From: a virus
Taxonomy: Duplodnaviria > Caudoviricetes
DNA: 50,856 nt
IMG/VR virus record: IMGVR_UViG_3300028806_000015
Span: 1-50,856 of that record
Strand: one strand, 5' to 3'
In this document: positions 9,442 to 18,158 of the stretch, one piece after another
Layout: the number at the start of each line of letters is the position of its first letter
Position numbering within the stretch: the first letter of the stretch is position 1
Notes under the pieces: model-generated
What the model was told of the DNA's origin: nothing
The model's database searches: none
What the model saw: only the letters and a program-made list of their open reading frames with translations
Made by a program: the position numbers and the translations under genes

Positions 9442-11940
9442 ATGGGTCCAAAAGCACCAAGACTAACAGGAGACGTGAATCCATTTGGTGATTTTGGAAT
9501 AGACATTTATCGGATTGCTGAGGCATTGGGCAAGCCCCAGAAGAGTAAGGATGGATGGATGTGCTGCTGTCCAGCCCACGATGATAAGAACCCTAGCTTA
9601 TCCATTAGGATGCGAGATGGTCGCATTCTTTTGTATTGTTTTGCTGGCTGCAAGTTTACGGATATTATTTATGAGATACGTGAACGAGGATTGCTTGTTA
9701 CGGATTCCTGTAACACCCCTCCCAAATCGTGTTACGGAACTCCTAATTTTAGTTACAACTCTGTTACAAGAAAAAGAGACGACGGTGTTACGGCTACTGT
9801 TACAGGGTCTGTTACAGACTCTTCTTCTCTTGCTTTAAGAGATAATTATCATATTGAATCTAATGAAGAAAATATTTTATTAAAAAACTCTTTGCAAGAA
9901 GATATTTTTTCTGATACCCTCTTATCAAGTAACTCAGTTACTAATATATCAGTAGATAAGTTACTTAATAATACAGTAACTGATATATCTGTTACTGAAG
10001 TAACAAATATCTCTACTACTGATGTAACATATATTCCTACTACTGAAGTAACAGAAATCTCTACTATTTCAGTAACTAATATCCCTAAAAAGAATAACTT
10101 AGTAACAGAAATTACTAATATTAATGAAGTAACTTATATATCTAATATACCAGTAACTGATATTATTAATAGTAATATTACTATAGATTCATCAGATTTT
10201 AAGAAAAACTTAACTACTGTCCCTTATGCTCCAATAAAAAAACAAGTAGTAGAAGATAATTTATCTAAAGAATTATTCAAAAAAGATCAAGAAACATTAG
10301 ATAATATTAAATCTATTTGGGATTATGGTATTAATGTAACTGAAACTCTTGGTGAAATTTATTTAAATACACGAGGTATATTTATTGAAAATATTATAGA
10401 CAAGATAAATTCTTGTATAAGATTTAATAAATCTGTGTTTCATCCTTTTTTAAAGGAAAAAATGCCTTGTTTGCTTTCGAAGATAGTTGACAAAGAGAAT
10501 AATTTTGTAGGAATACAGAATATTTATCTTGATAATCAAGGCAATAGGATATCAAAGGATCAACGTAGTAAGATTACTCGTGGGAAGATCAAGGGGAACT
10601 ATTTTGCGATTGGTGAGTTTCAGGAGAGGATGATCATCTCTGAGGGTGTGGAGGATGCCGTTTTTTTGGCCACCAGATGCCCGGAACGGTCTGTCTTGGC
10701 ATCTCTGGGCACATCCACCTCTATTGCCCTTCCAGAGGTCGTAAAAGAGGTAATAATTGCAGCTGATGCTGATGTGGCTGGTAGGAAGCATGCTAGTCGC
10801 TTAAAGAGATATCTCCAAGATAGCGGAAAATCAGTAAATATAATCTATCCTCCTACATGTAAAGATTTTAATGATTATTACCTTGAAAAAGAAGATATAA
10901 AAATAAAGGAACAAAGAAACAATAAAATATTAGATTTAATAAATAATATTAGATTAGAAATATCTAATACATTTAGTATGTATACTGATTTTAATTTTAT
11001 TACAAAGAATCAAGTAGCAAATTCAGATTTTTTGATAGATTCGATACTTCCAAGAGTTGGTGTGTCAATCCTTCTTGGCCATCCCAAGATTGGGAAAAGT
11101 TGGATAGCTCAAGGCTGGATTACTGATATCCTTTTGGGTAAAAAAGTATTCGAAACTTTCGATACAAACAAAGTAGGGGTTTTATTTTATGCTTTAGAAG
11201 ATAATGCTTCTAGACTAAAGACAAGATTCTCTAAACTAAATCCAGCATTATACTTTGATGAAAATATGTTTGATGTTATTACTCATTGTTCTTCTCTTGA
11301 TCAAGGAGAACTCAACAGGTTGCGAGAATATTTAGAATCTCATCCTCATATTAGATTTATTGTTATAGATCCTTTTGAAAAGATTCGTCCTAATGGCACT
11401 ACAGGTAAGTCAGCTAATGCATATCAAACAGATTATCGAGATATAAGTTTATTGAAAGAAATAGCTGAAGAATTTGAGATATCTATTCTGCTAGTTCATC
11501 ATCTTAAGAAAGAAACAACTGGTGATTCTATTCGAGATGTTAATGGTTCTATTGGAATGACTGCTTCCGTTGATGCAATCTTTATGCTAACTAAAAAAGA
11601 TGAAATATATACCTTCGATAAGAAAGGAAAAGACATAGATGCAGAAACCTTCAGAATGGAATTCGATTACGAGTCTGGAAGATTTTTAATAGCAGAAGAT
11701 CTGCAAGAGGAAAAAGTGAATTTACAAAATAAGATTTTAGAATATATAAAATTATCTCAATCAATTGTTTCTAATGCTTGTTTGTATAGATCTTTGGGCA
11801 AGACTTCTGAAGCAGGTAAAGTTCAAGTTAGGAGAGCTCTAAAATATTTAACAGATAAAAAAGAAATTGATCGAGTAGATAATGGTGTTTATAAAATATC
11901 TGAGAACTCTGTAATAATTAATGATTGGTGGAATAATTAA
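9442..11940 (+). CDS. Primase-helicase replication protein (Zn finger + TOPRIM + RepA/AAA_25-type helicase + C-terminal wHTH)
   Basis: CCCPAHDDKNPSLS...YCFAGC zinc-binding domain; EGVEDA and AADAD TOPRIM motifs; Walker A GHPKIGKS, Walker B IVIDP, LLVHH. Confidence 0.9.
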   Translation: MGPKAPRLTGDVNPFGDFGIDIYRIAEALGKPQKSKDGWMCCCPAHDDKNPSLSIRMRDGRILLYCFAGCKFTDIIYEIRERGLLVTDSCNTPPKSCYGTPNFSYNSVTRKRDDGVTATVTGSVTDSSSLALRDNYHIESNEENILLKNSLQEDIFSDTLLSSNSVTNISVDKLLNNTVTDISVTEVTNISTTDVTYIPTTEVTEISTISVTNIPKKNNLVTEITNINEVTYISNIPVTDIINSNITIDSSDFKKNLTTVPYAPIKKQVVEDNLSKELFKKDQETLDNIKSIWDYGINVTETLGEIYLNTRGIFIENIIDKINSCIRFNKSVFHPFLKEKMPCLLSKIVDKENNFVGIQNIYLDNQGNRISKDQRSKITRGKIKGNYFAIGEFQERMIISEGVEDAVFLATRCPERSVLASLGTSTSIALPEVVKEVIIAADADVAGRKHASRLKRYLQDSGKSVNIIYPPTCKDFNDYYLEKEDIKIKEQRNNKILDLINNIRLEISNTFSMYTDFNFITKNQVANSDFLIDSILPRVGVSILLGHPKIGKSWIAQGWITDILLGKKVFETFDTNKVGVLFYALEDNASRLKTRFSKLNPALYFDENMFDVITHCSSLDQGELNRLREYLESHPHIRFIVIDPFEKIRPNGTTGKSANAYQTDYRDISLLKEIAEEFEISILLVHHLKKETTGDSIRDVNGSIGMTASVDAIFMLTKKDEIYTFDKKGKDIDAETFRMEFDYESGRFLIAEDLQEEKVNLQNKILEYIKLSQSIVSNACLYRSLGKTSEAGKVQVRRALKYLTDKKEIDRVDNGVYKISENSVIINDWWNN
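9697..10157. repeat. GTTAC/GTAAC iteron-like array, putative replication origin inside the primase gene
   Basis: About 20 copies by my count (10 GTTAC, 10 GTAAC); 24-bp spacing at 9976-10072. Confidence 0.65.
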
Positions 11941-12620
11941 TGACAACCTTTGTAAGGTCAATAGATATACCTGATATATATGATACTATAGTCTATAGAT
12001 GGATTAATTATCCAATATTCTTAATGCATAGAAACAATGCAGTAGAAGAAACATATAAGAATTTATATAAGAGAGAATTTCTAATATTCCATAATGAAAA
12101 AATAGAACCATTAGAGTTTGATGGTAAATTATTTTTACCTATTGTTGTAGATCAATTACACTGGCCCGATACATATAGCACGGAGAATTATTCTATAATG
12201 ATAGAAGATTCAAAATATAAGAATGAACATTTTATAAAATATACAAAACAATCAGAACATCTTGCGACCAGAGAATGTATTACGGAGGAAAGAGATTTGC
12301 AAACAAGTAAATTAACCGATCAGATATTTAAAGATTTAGCGAGAGAAATTAAAAGGATTAACTTACTTGCAGAAGAACAAATTATACAAGAATTAAAAGG
12401 ACTCTCAAGTAATTTAGAAAAACAGATTGAAAACGATGTTAAAGACTTTGAGGTATGTTATTTTAGTATCGAAGATGAAACGAGAACTATAGGAGTTAAA
12501 GTAACTCATATTCCAACGCAAATTGCACATACTCAAATAGATCATTCAGAAAATCTAGATCCTGATAAATCTATTCAGATATTAAGAGAAATACTCAACA
12601 GGTTTAAGGAGAAAAAATGA
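11940..12620 (+). CDS. Protein with C-terminal degenerate release-factor (RF-1-like) domain, no GGQ
   Basis: DFEVCYF...IGVKVTHIPTQI resembles RF DLRIDTF...[12 protein letters not shown]. Confidence 0.55.
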   Translation: MTTFVRSIDIPDIYDTIVYRWINYPIFLMHRNNAVEETYKNLYKREFLIFHNEKIEPLEFDGKLFLPIVVDQLHWPDTYSTENYSIMIEDSKYKNEHFIKYTKQSEHLATRECITEERDLQTSKLTDQIFKDLAREIKRINLLAEEQIIQELKGLSSNLEKQIENDVKDFEVCYFSIEDETRTIGVKVTHIPTQIAHTQIDHSENLDPDKSIQILREILNRFKEKK

Positions 12621-13015
12621 CATCTTCTAAAAGAAAATTAAAATATATTAAAGAAGAAGACTTACAAATCGATATTTACAAACTGGACGATGATTCCGTC
12701 TTGGCCGGATGTTCAGCCGTGCGTGTTACACATCTTCCTAGTGGCAAGATTAGTTGTGCAGCTGGGAGTTTCGTAATAACCACCAATGGCATTACTATGG
12801 ATGTATCAGAGAATGTAAGGGTTGCTGTAAAGGATCTGGAAAAACAGTTAAAGAAGGAAAACACTAAAAACAAATGGACATGCAAATGTGAACATTGTGA
12901 GGAAATAATAAAATTCGAAGAAGAGATTTCTAATGACTCTTCGTATGATTCAATTGGTGCAAGAACTTTAGCATCTTGTCTTTGTGATCACTGTTTTCAA
13001 AGAAGGATGATATGA
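12617..13015 (+). CDS. RF-1-domain-like protein lacking GGQ, with C-terminal Cys4 Zn finger
   Basis: EEDLQIDIYK...SAVRVTHLPSGK...ENVRVAVKDL; CEHC and CDHC pairs. Confidence 0.7.
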   Translation: MTSSKRKLKYIKEEDLQIDIYKLDDDSVLAGCSAVRVTHLPSGKISCAAGSFVITTNGITMDVSENVRVAVKDLEKQLKKENTKNKWTCKCEHCEEIIKFEEEISNDSSYDSIGARTLASCLCDHCFQRRMI

Positions 13016-13198
13016 AAACTATTATCCCTATAAATTATGAGTTACAATTCGAAAAGGGACTTCTTACTAATCTAAGGATTATTTATTCATCATGAGACGA
13101 TACGGATTAAGAAAAACTGATCCACAAAGAAAATCATAGTTTTTAGATGAAAGAATGTTTTATAATAGGTAATGGGAATATGTATCTCCGCAATTCTC

Positions 13199-13327
13199 AA
13201 GAGTAAAAGGGATTTAGATAAATAATTTATTAAGTAGATTTTATATCTTTTTAGTTTCATTTTGGATATAAAAAATCTTTTAAGCGACCTTCTATTAATA
13301 AGATCTTATCTAATCTCTTTTATTCTT
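13199..13327 (+). ncRNA. Candidate structured RNA (nested long hairpin)
   Basis: GAGTAAAAGGGATTTAGATAA pairs with TTATCTAATCTCTTTTATTC using G-U pairs; inner stems; TATAAT at 13161. Confidence 0.4.
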
Positions 13328-13407
13328 TAAATAATTGTAAATTAAGTCCACTACAAACACAGTTGTATAGATTAAACAACATCCTATAAATACATCCAAT
13401 ATTGCGA

Positions 13408-14016
13408 TCATGGAAGGCCTTTCGGGTCTGGCTCCATGAAGTAGATAAGGTCTTTAGTTGCATCAGTTAATCTCGTAAAGGTGTACTCAAAGGCTGGTAC
13501 AGACCTTGTGCAATGAACCTCAATCCCTAGAGAGGTCAATGCTTGAGTAAAGGTAGACATTGGTTCCTCTAAGAGCTTCTCGAGCCTCTTTTGGTCTTCT
13601 AAAGGCAATGCACGAGTAACTAATCTTCTAAATCCACTCGTCTCGCAAGAAAGAGATCTTATTTTTAAGATAACGTTTTTATTTTCTTCAAGTTCTTTAA
13701 TAATCTGTGGAATAATTACATCGGGGTTTTCTCTATATTTTCCAGATAGCTCTAATCTATGATACCTCTCCTCTATAATACCCTTAATCCAAGTATAGTA
13801 AGATACTCCAGATGATTTAGACATTGACTTGTCTTCTTCTGATAATATCTCCTCGAATAAAGCATCGAATATTTTCATAAATTCAGAAGTTTTCACGTAG
13901 TCAGTATTCTTCTTTTCTGAACCTTCTGTTTCTATACTTCTCATTTTTTCTATAAACTCTAAAGGAGACTTACTGATTGTCGTGATTGTTTCTTTGTTAG
14001 TATCTTTAATTCTCAT
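13408..14016 (-). CDS. Hypothetical protein
   Basis: 202-aa ORF ending the leftward operon. Confidence 0.7.
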   Translation of the reverse strand: MRIKDTNKETITTISKSPLEFIEKMRSIETEGSEKKNTDYVKTSEFMKIFDALFEEILSEEDKSMSKSSGVSYYTWIKGIIEERYHRLELSGKYRENPDVIIPQIIKELEENKNVILKIRSLSCETSGFRRLVTRALPLEDQKRLEKLLEEPMSTFTQALTSLGIEVHCTRSVPAFEYTFTRLTDATKDLIYFMEPDPKGLP

Positions 14017-14043
14017 CTTTAGGATCTTCTTTTATGTTCTTCA

Positions 14044-14280
14044 TTATTTTTCCTTTCTCCATTTAATTCCTGTGGAATCTGCTATCTTTGGAAGTAGTTC
14101 TGATTTACAAGCTGCTTCTAATATTAGAATACCAACAAATATATATATTAGTATGGGAATTAGTATGTTAAGAACAAAATATCCTATATAGTATATTGGT
14201 GCAAATATTGAATAATATAAAACATTAAATACAATGTATCTGGTTTTTGTCTTAAATTCTTCATTATATCTATTTGTCAT
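14044..14280 (-). CDS. Small membrane protein
   Basis: Long hydrophobic segment; overlaps the recT-like stop. Confidence 0.55.
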   Translation of the reverse strand: MTNRYNEEFKTKTRYIVFNVLYYSIFAPIYYIGYFVLNILIPILIYIFVGILILEAACKSELLPKIADSTGIKWRKEK

Positions 14281-15406
14281 AGTGTTCCAATATCTTATTA
14301 GCAGCAGCTTCCGAGATATACTTCAAAGAATCCGCGTTTAGCCTCTTCAACCACTCTTGTTGCGTGAAGTTTGAGATTCCTTTCTCCTTGATTAATGCAA
14401 TCACCTTGAAATAAGTCTCCGGTGTAACTCCATTATCTGCTGGACCCTCTTCATCAGCGTCGTAATTTGTGCTCTCTGTTTCGTCATCTTCTTGGCGATT
14501 AGTTAGTTTATTTAAAACTATCTCAGGTGTTGTGGCTGCAGAATCAGCGATTACATCCGCTCTAATGGGCGTACAGTCGATTGCTTCTTCCCACGCCATG
14601 ATCCCTGACAGGTTATCCGAGAACTTGTCACGGAGTGCCCAACTACGGGCTCGCATCTGCAACATTCTCTTGGGGTATGAACTCCAGGGGCCCGGTTTCC
14701 CCCACAATCTAGCTGTTATGGCATCTAATTGAGAGAACTCCCGCGTATGCGGATCTTCGCCTTTTCTGTAGACTATACAAATAGCCACAGGCATTGAGAT
14801 GTACTCGAATTGAGGGAAAACAACATCTCTTTTACGTTTTAATGCCTCTTGAATAATTTCTTTTACATCAAATTTATCTATTACATTGTCAAGTACATCT
14901 AAAAGATCATGAGCAACTAATACTTCATGTAAGATTCCGTATGCGGTAAGCTTATCAATGAATGCTCCTTTGTGCTTTATAAAGATTCTCTGTTCAATGG
15001 TCTCTGCTATTTGCTGGAATTCTCTATTGATCCTACAAATAGCAAGCAAACTATCTCCATACACACAAGGTTTCCCATTTACAAAATAAATACTCTTTAG
15101 AGATTCCATAGGGTTTAGCCCAACACTTCGACCGTAAAGCATTCTTCCCAAAACCTCATAAGGCCTTTTAAAGATCTCTTTTGGACAAATCTCGGACATC
15201 TCAGAAAAGAATGTAGCTATTTTAAAATCATTCTCTATATCCCTAAAATCATGTGGATTAACATTCATTCTTTGAGCTGCACCAACAGTTCTCTCTGGCG
15301 GATCTGTTCTGTGTACTAGGTTGTGCATTGGATAGTTAGAAGCCGTATGCGTTGCATCTGTGATTCCCTCTTGGCCAATTACACCGTTTTCTGTAAATTC
15401 TTTCAT
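14270..15406 (-). CDS. RecT-like single-strand annealing protein
   Basis: GLNPMESLKSIYFVNGKPCVYGD and GPWSSYPKRMLQMRARSWALRD motifs; near the YqaJ exonuclease gene. Confidence 0.75.
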   Translation of the reverse strand: MKEFTENGVIGQEGITDATHTASNYPMHNLVHRTDPPERTVGAAQRMNVNPHDFRDIENDFKIATFFSEMSEICPKEIFKRPYEVLGRMLYGRSVGLNPMESLKSIYFVNGKPCVYGDSLLAICRINREFQQIAETIEQRIFIKHKGAFIDKLTAYGILHEVLVAHDLLDVLDNVIDKFDVKEIIQEALKRKRDVVFPQFEYISMPVAICIVYRKGEDPHTREFSQLDAITARLWGKPGPWSSYPKRMLQMRARSWALRDKFSDNLSGIMAWEEAIDCTPIRADVIADSAATTPEIVLNKLTNRQEDDETESTNYDADEEGPADNGVTPETYFKVIALIKEKGISNFTQQEWLKRLNADSLKYISEAAANKILEHYDK

Positions 15407-15439
15407 TTTAAATTCTCCTGTGCTGTAAATATTATAATC

Positions 15440-15634
15440 TTATTCATATTTGTTCTTCCTATAATAACGATAACCCAAAGATCCTACGTATCCCCCTGCT
15501 ATAAAATTAATTAAAGATCGCCATAATAATCCAAATTCATTTAAATACTCATTTGTAAGGAGATCAATAGCAATGATACAACTTAGTCCAATAATGATAA
15601 TACCTAATATTAATATAAAGTTGTGATTTTTCAT
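15440..15634 (-). CDS. Small two-TM membrane protein
   Basis: Two hydrophobic helices and a basic C-terminus. Confidence 0.55.
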   Translation of the reverse strand: MKNHNFILILGIIIIGLSCIIAIDLLTNEYLNEFGLLWRSLINFIAGGYVGSLGYRYYRKNKYE

Positions 15635-16548
15635 TAGAAGATACTCTTGTTATTAAAGGTTAGTCTAATATTGTCCCTCTCAGGAACTGTGTAAGAATTT
15701 ACATGAATGCTTTTTCTCATGCAGATACTTCCATCGGGAAATACCGCCTTAGAAGCATTCTCCATCTCTTTTAGAATATGAGCTTTAGCTGAATCTGCTA
15801 ACGCTTTGTTCTGTGTTACTAGCTTAGTATGTTTAAGATAGTTTTCTTTATGTTTAAGTACATCTTTTGATAAGAAAATTTCTTTTTCCTCGATTGTGGA
15901 ATAATACTTAAGGAGAGAATTTTTGCTATGGGCGTTAGGTATAAAAGTGGGGGGGATTTTTTTCTCGACATGCTGTCTCCAAAATCTAGTGGATTCTTCT
16001 TCTATCTTATCTCGAATTGAACTTATTTTCTCATCATTATGAAAAGTTTTAATAAGAAGTTTATTACCCCCTATTAAAGCTGCAATATCCCAACTATCAA
16101 AACCTGTCACCAATATGTAATGGACAATTTGAATCAGATATTGCTCTGGAATAATTAATCTAGATTCATCTCCCCATAAATGAGCTTGTCTATACCCAAC
16201 GTTTTTAATCTCAAGGCCTTTATCGGTTCCTTTAATTAATCGGTCTGGATGCGCAAATAAGTACGGATACAAAGGGTGATAAATCGTATCACTCTTAGTA
16301 GTCATAAAACCGGTTCTCTTTTCATATCCTTCCGCAATCGCATCCTCAAGGGCATTGCCCCAGTATTTAGGGCCTAATTCTTCCTCAGGGCTTGCGTCTG
16401 CTTCCTCCTCTTGGCCAACTAAAACAGGCGACGTTTTATCAAGATAAATATCATAAGCTGTCCTATAAGGATCTAATCCTAGGATCGCTGCAATGTCCGA
16501 ACCTCCTAATCCATTCTTCCGTCTGATGAGTTGTTCTGTTGTTAACAT
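15634..16548 (-). CDS. YqaJ/lambda-exonuclease family protein
   Basis: RRKNGLGGSDIAAILG, WGNALE, AHPDR, GLEIKN, YLIQIVHY; GGAGG RBS before ATG16548. Confidence 0.92.
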   Translation of the reverse strand: MLTTEQLIRRKNGLGGSDIAAILGLDPYRTAYDIYLDKTSPVLVGQEEEADASPEEELGPKYWGNALEDAIAEGYEKRTGFMTTKSDTIYHPLYPYLFAHPDRLIKGTDKGLEIKNVGYRQAHLWGDESRLIIPEQYLIQIVHYILVTGFDSWDIAALIGGNKLLIKTFHNDEKISSIRDKIEEESTRFWRQHVEKKIPPTFIPNAHSKNSLLKYYSTIEEKEIFLSKDVLKHKENYLKHTKLVTQNKALADSAKAHILKEMENASKAVFPDGSICMRKSIHVNSYTVPERDNIRLTFNNKSIF

Positions 16549-16961
16549 GAGACATCCTCCGCAAACCACTCGTCATAATCATCATCTAAGCTATTTAAAA
16601 TATTAGTTAGAATAGTCTTTAATTCACTAGGGGTTGCTGAAAAACTATCGAGATATTTTGTACAATCATCTCCCCGGAATTTAATACTGCAGTTACGAAA
16701 TTCTATTTTGTCATGTAGTTCCTTTATCAGAATTACGTATTCTACGGGTCTTTTTTGTTTTTGTTCTATTTCATTGCGTTCTATTTCATTGCGTTCTATT
16801 TCATTGCGTTTGCTTTCTTCTATCTCTTCTAATGTTTTCTCTATAGCTATTATGGATGAAAATATAGGCTTTAATCTATCTTGCTCTTTTGGTGAATAAT
16901 ACACTTCCATTCTCTTAATGATATTTGAAAGGTCTTTTTTAATAATTTCTGCATCTTTCAT
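16542..16961 (-). CDS. Hypothetical protein with (RNEIE)3 repeat
   Basis: 139-aa ORF. Confidence 0.6.
   Translation of the reverse strand: MKDAEIIKKDLSNIIKRMEVYYSPKEQDRLKPIFSSIIAIEKTLEEIEESKRNEIERNEIERNEIEQKQKRPVEYVILIKELHDKIEFRNCSIKFRGDDCTKYLDSFSATPSELKTILTNILNSLDDDYDEWFAEDVSC
16763..16810. repeat. 15-bp tandem repeat x3
   Basis: GTTCTATTTCATTGC three times. Confidence 0.9.
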
Positions 16962-16972
16962 TTTGGTTATTC

Positions 16973-17143
16973 CTATTGTTTATTCTTGTTTACATTTTTT
17001 AATTTTTTGTATTCATCGTCTTTAATAACATCATTTAATAAAGTAACCAGCTTTTCTAATGAGTTGGTGGATTTGTCTACTAAACGAGCGATGTTACTCA
17101 ATTTCTCTGTTAGAAATAATGGTTCTAATTTGGGGTCATACAT
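16973..17143 (-). CDS. Small hypothetical protein (56 aa, not in ORF track)
   Basis: MYDPKLEPLF...; AGGAG RBS. Confidence 0.5.
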   Translation of the reverse strand: MYDPKLEPLFLTEKLSNIARLVDKSTNSLEKLVTLLNDVIKDDEYKKLKNVNKNKQ

Positions 17144-17181
17144 AATCTTCTCCTAATGTTGTTTGTCTAATAAATTTTGTT

Positions 17182-17403
17182 TTATCTATCTTCATGGTAT
17201 AAACTCCACTCTTCATAACTTGGACCGTCCTCGTCATCTTCTGAAGTGCCTTCTACATTCAAAAAATCCCATGCGTCCTCTTCATAATGGCTTAAATAAT
17301 TAGCCAGAAATCTATCTAATCTGCTTTCCTCAAGTTCATTAATCTTGAATTCTAATGGGGTGTCTCGAAGCTCTCTGCCCGTATATTTTCTATTCGTTAA
17401 CAT
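17182..17403 (-). CDS. Acidic hypothetical protein
   Basis: 73 aa, AGGAG RBS. Confidence 0.6.
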   Translation of the reverse strand: MLTNRKYTGRELRDTPLEFKINELEESRLDRFLANYLSHYEEDAWDFLNVEGTSEDDEDGPSYEEWSLYHEDR

Positions 17404-18003
17404 CTTCTAGTAATCTCCTTGCCCAATGTTTTGCTTGATTTGAATCTTGCTCTGTTCCTATCCCCTGGCTATATAGATATATTAATTTTCTCACACTGCC
17501 GGCTCTGCGGGGTTTCCATCAGGCAAACCGATTGTACTTTCCACAAACAAAAATTCAAACTGAATCCGGTTTAGCAGCAATCGCATCCGGTTTGTGAAAA
17601 ATTTAATCGGTTTTTCCCGCAAACCCGCAGAATGCCTTAAGCCAAAACCGATCGCGCTGCTTTCAAATAAAAATCAAAACCGCGTCCGGTTTCATGATAA
17701 CTCCATTCGGCCTACTAGCTTAGTAACCGTTATAGATTGTCTCCGACACCAACGACATCCCGCCTTCGCGGCCTTGAGAGTCCATTCAAAGCCTTTTTCC
17801 GCATCAACAGGATCACTGGGGCCGACCATTAAGTTCATCGGCTGTAAATAACGTTGAGCTAATAAGTTCATAGCTCCTACGTACTCTTCTTGTGCAGCCT
17901 CTAAAAGTAAAACCATTCCCATCTCGGTGATTTCTGAGATTCTATCCTCACTACCTATGTCTAAATATCGTTCTGCTAACCTGTATTTATCTCTTGGTGT
18001 CAT
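17390..18003 (-). pseudogene. Sel1-repeat gene interrupted by a 251-bp insertion (segments 18003-17740 and 17488-17390)
   Basis: Joined product ...AAKAGCRWCRR|KLIYLYSQGIGTEQDSNQAKHW matches Sel1 consensus spacing; 120 aa. Confidence 0.8.
17489..17739. mobile_element. Non-coding inserted element with AAACCG repeats and internal inverted repeats
   Basis: Flanked by GAGA direct repeat (minus strand); 7 AAACCG/CGGTTT copies; imperfect ~50-bp inverted arms 17498-17548 and 17590-17637. Confidence 0.6.
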
Positions 18004-18158
18004 TGTGTCGTTCTCCTATTAATGCATGTTATCTACATCTGCATAATGAATTGTTAGTAATCTAGAGAAAAGTTTAATGTTAATGCACTTTTCTACTTGA
18101 TCAAAAGGTTGCATGATGCTAAATCCTTTAATAGATAACGATATATAAAGGAGATTAA

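Noticed and set aside
16763-16810. 15-bp tandem repeat as a regulatory or phase-variation element
   Set aside because: In-frame slippage expansion in a coiled coil; no frameshift potential
17489-17739. Group I or group II intron in the Sel1 gene
   Set aside because: No boundary placement gives exon-U with intron-terminal G in frame, or GUGCG...AY ends; no P7 or domain V core recognised
17594-17851. Plus-strand 85-aa ORF
   Set aside because: Antisense to the Sel1 gene, starts inside the repeat element, no RBS
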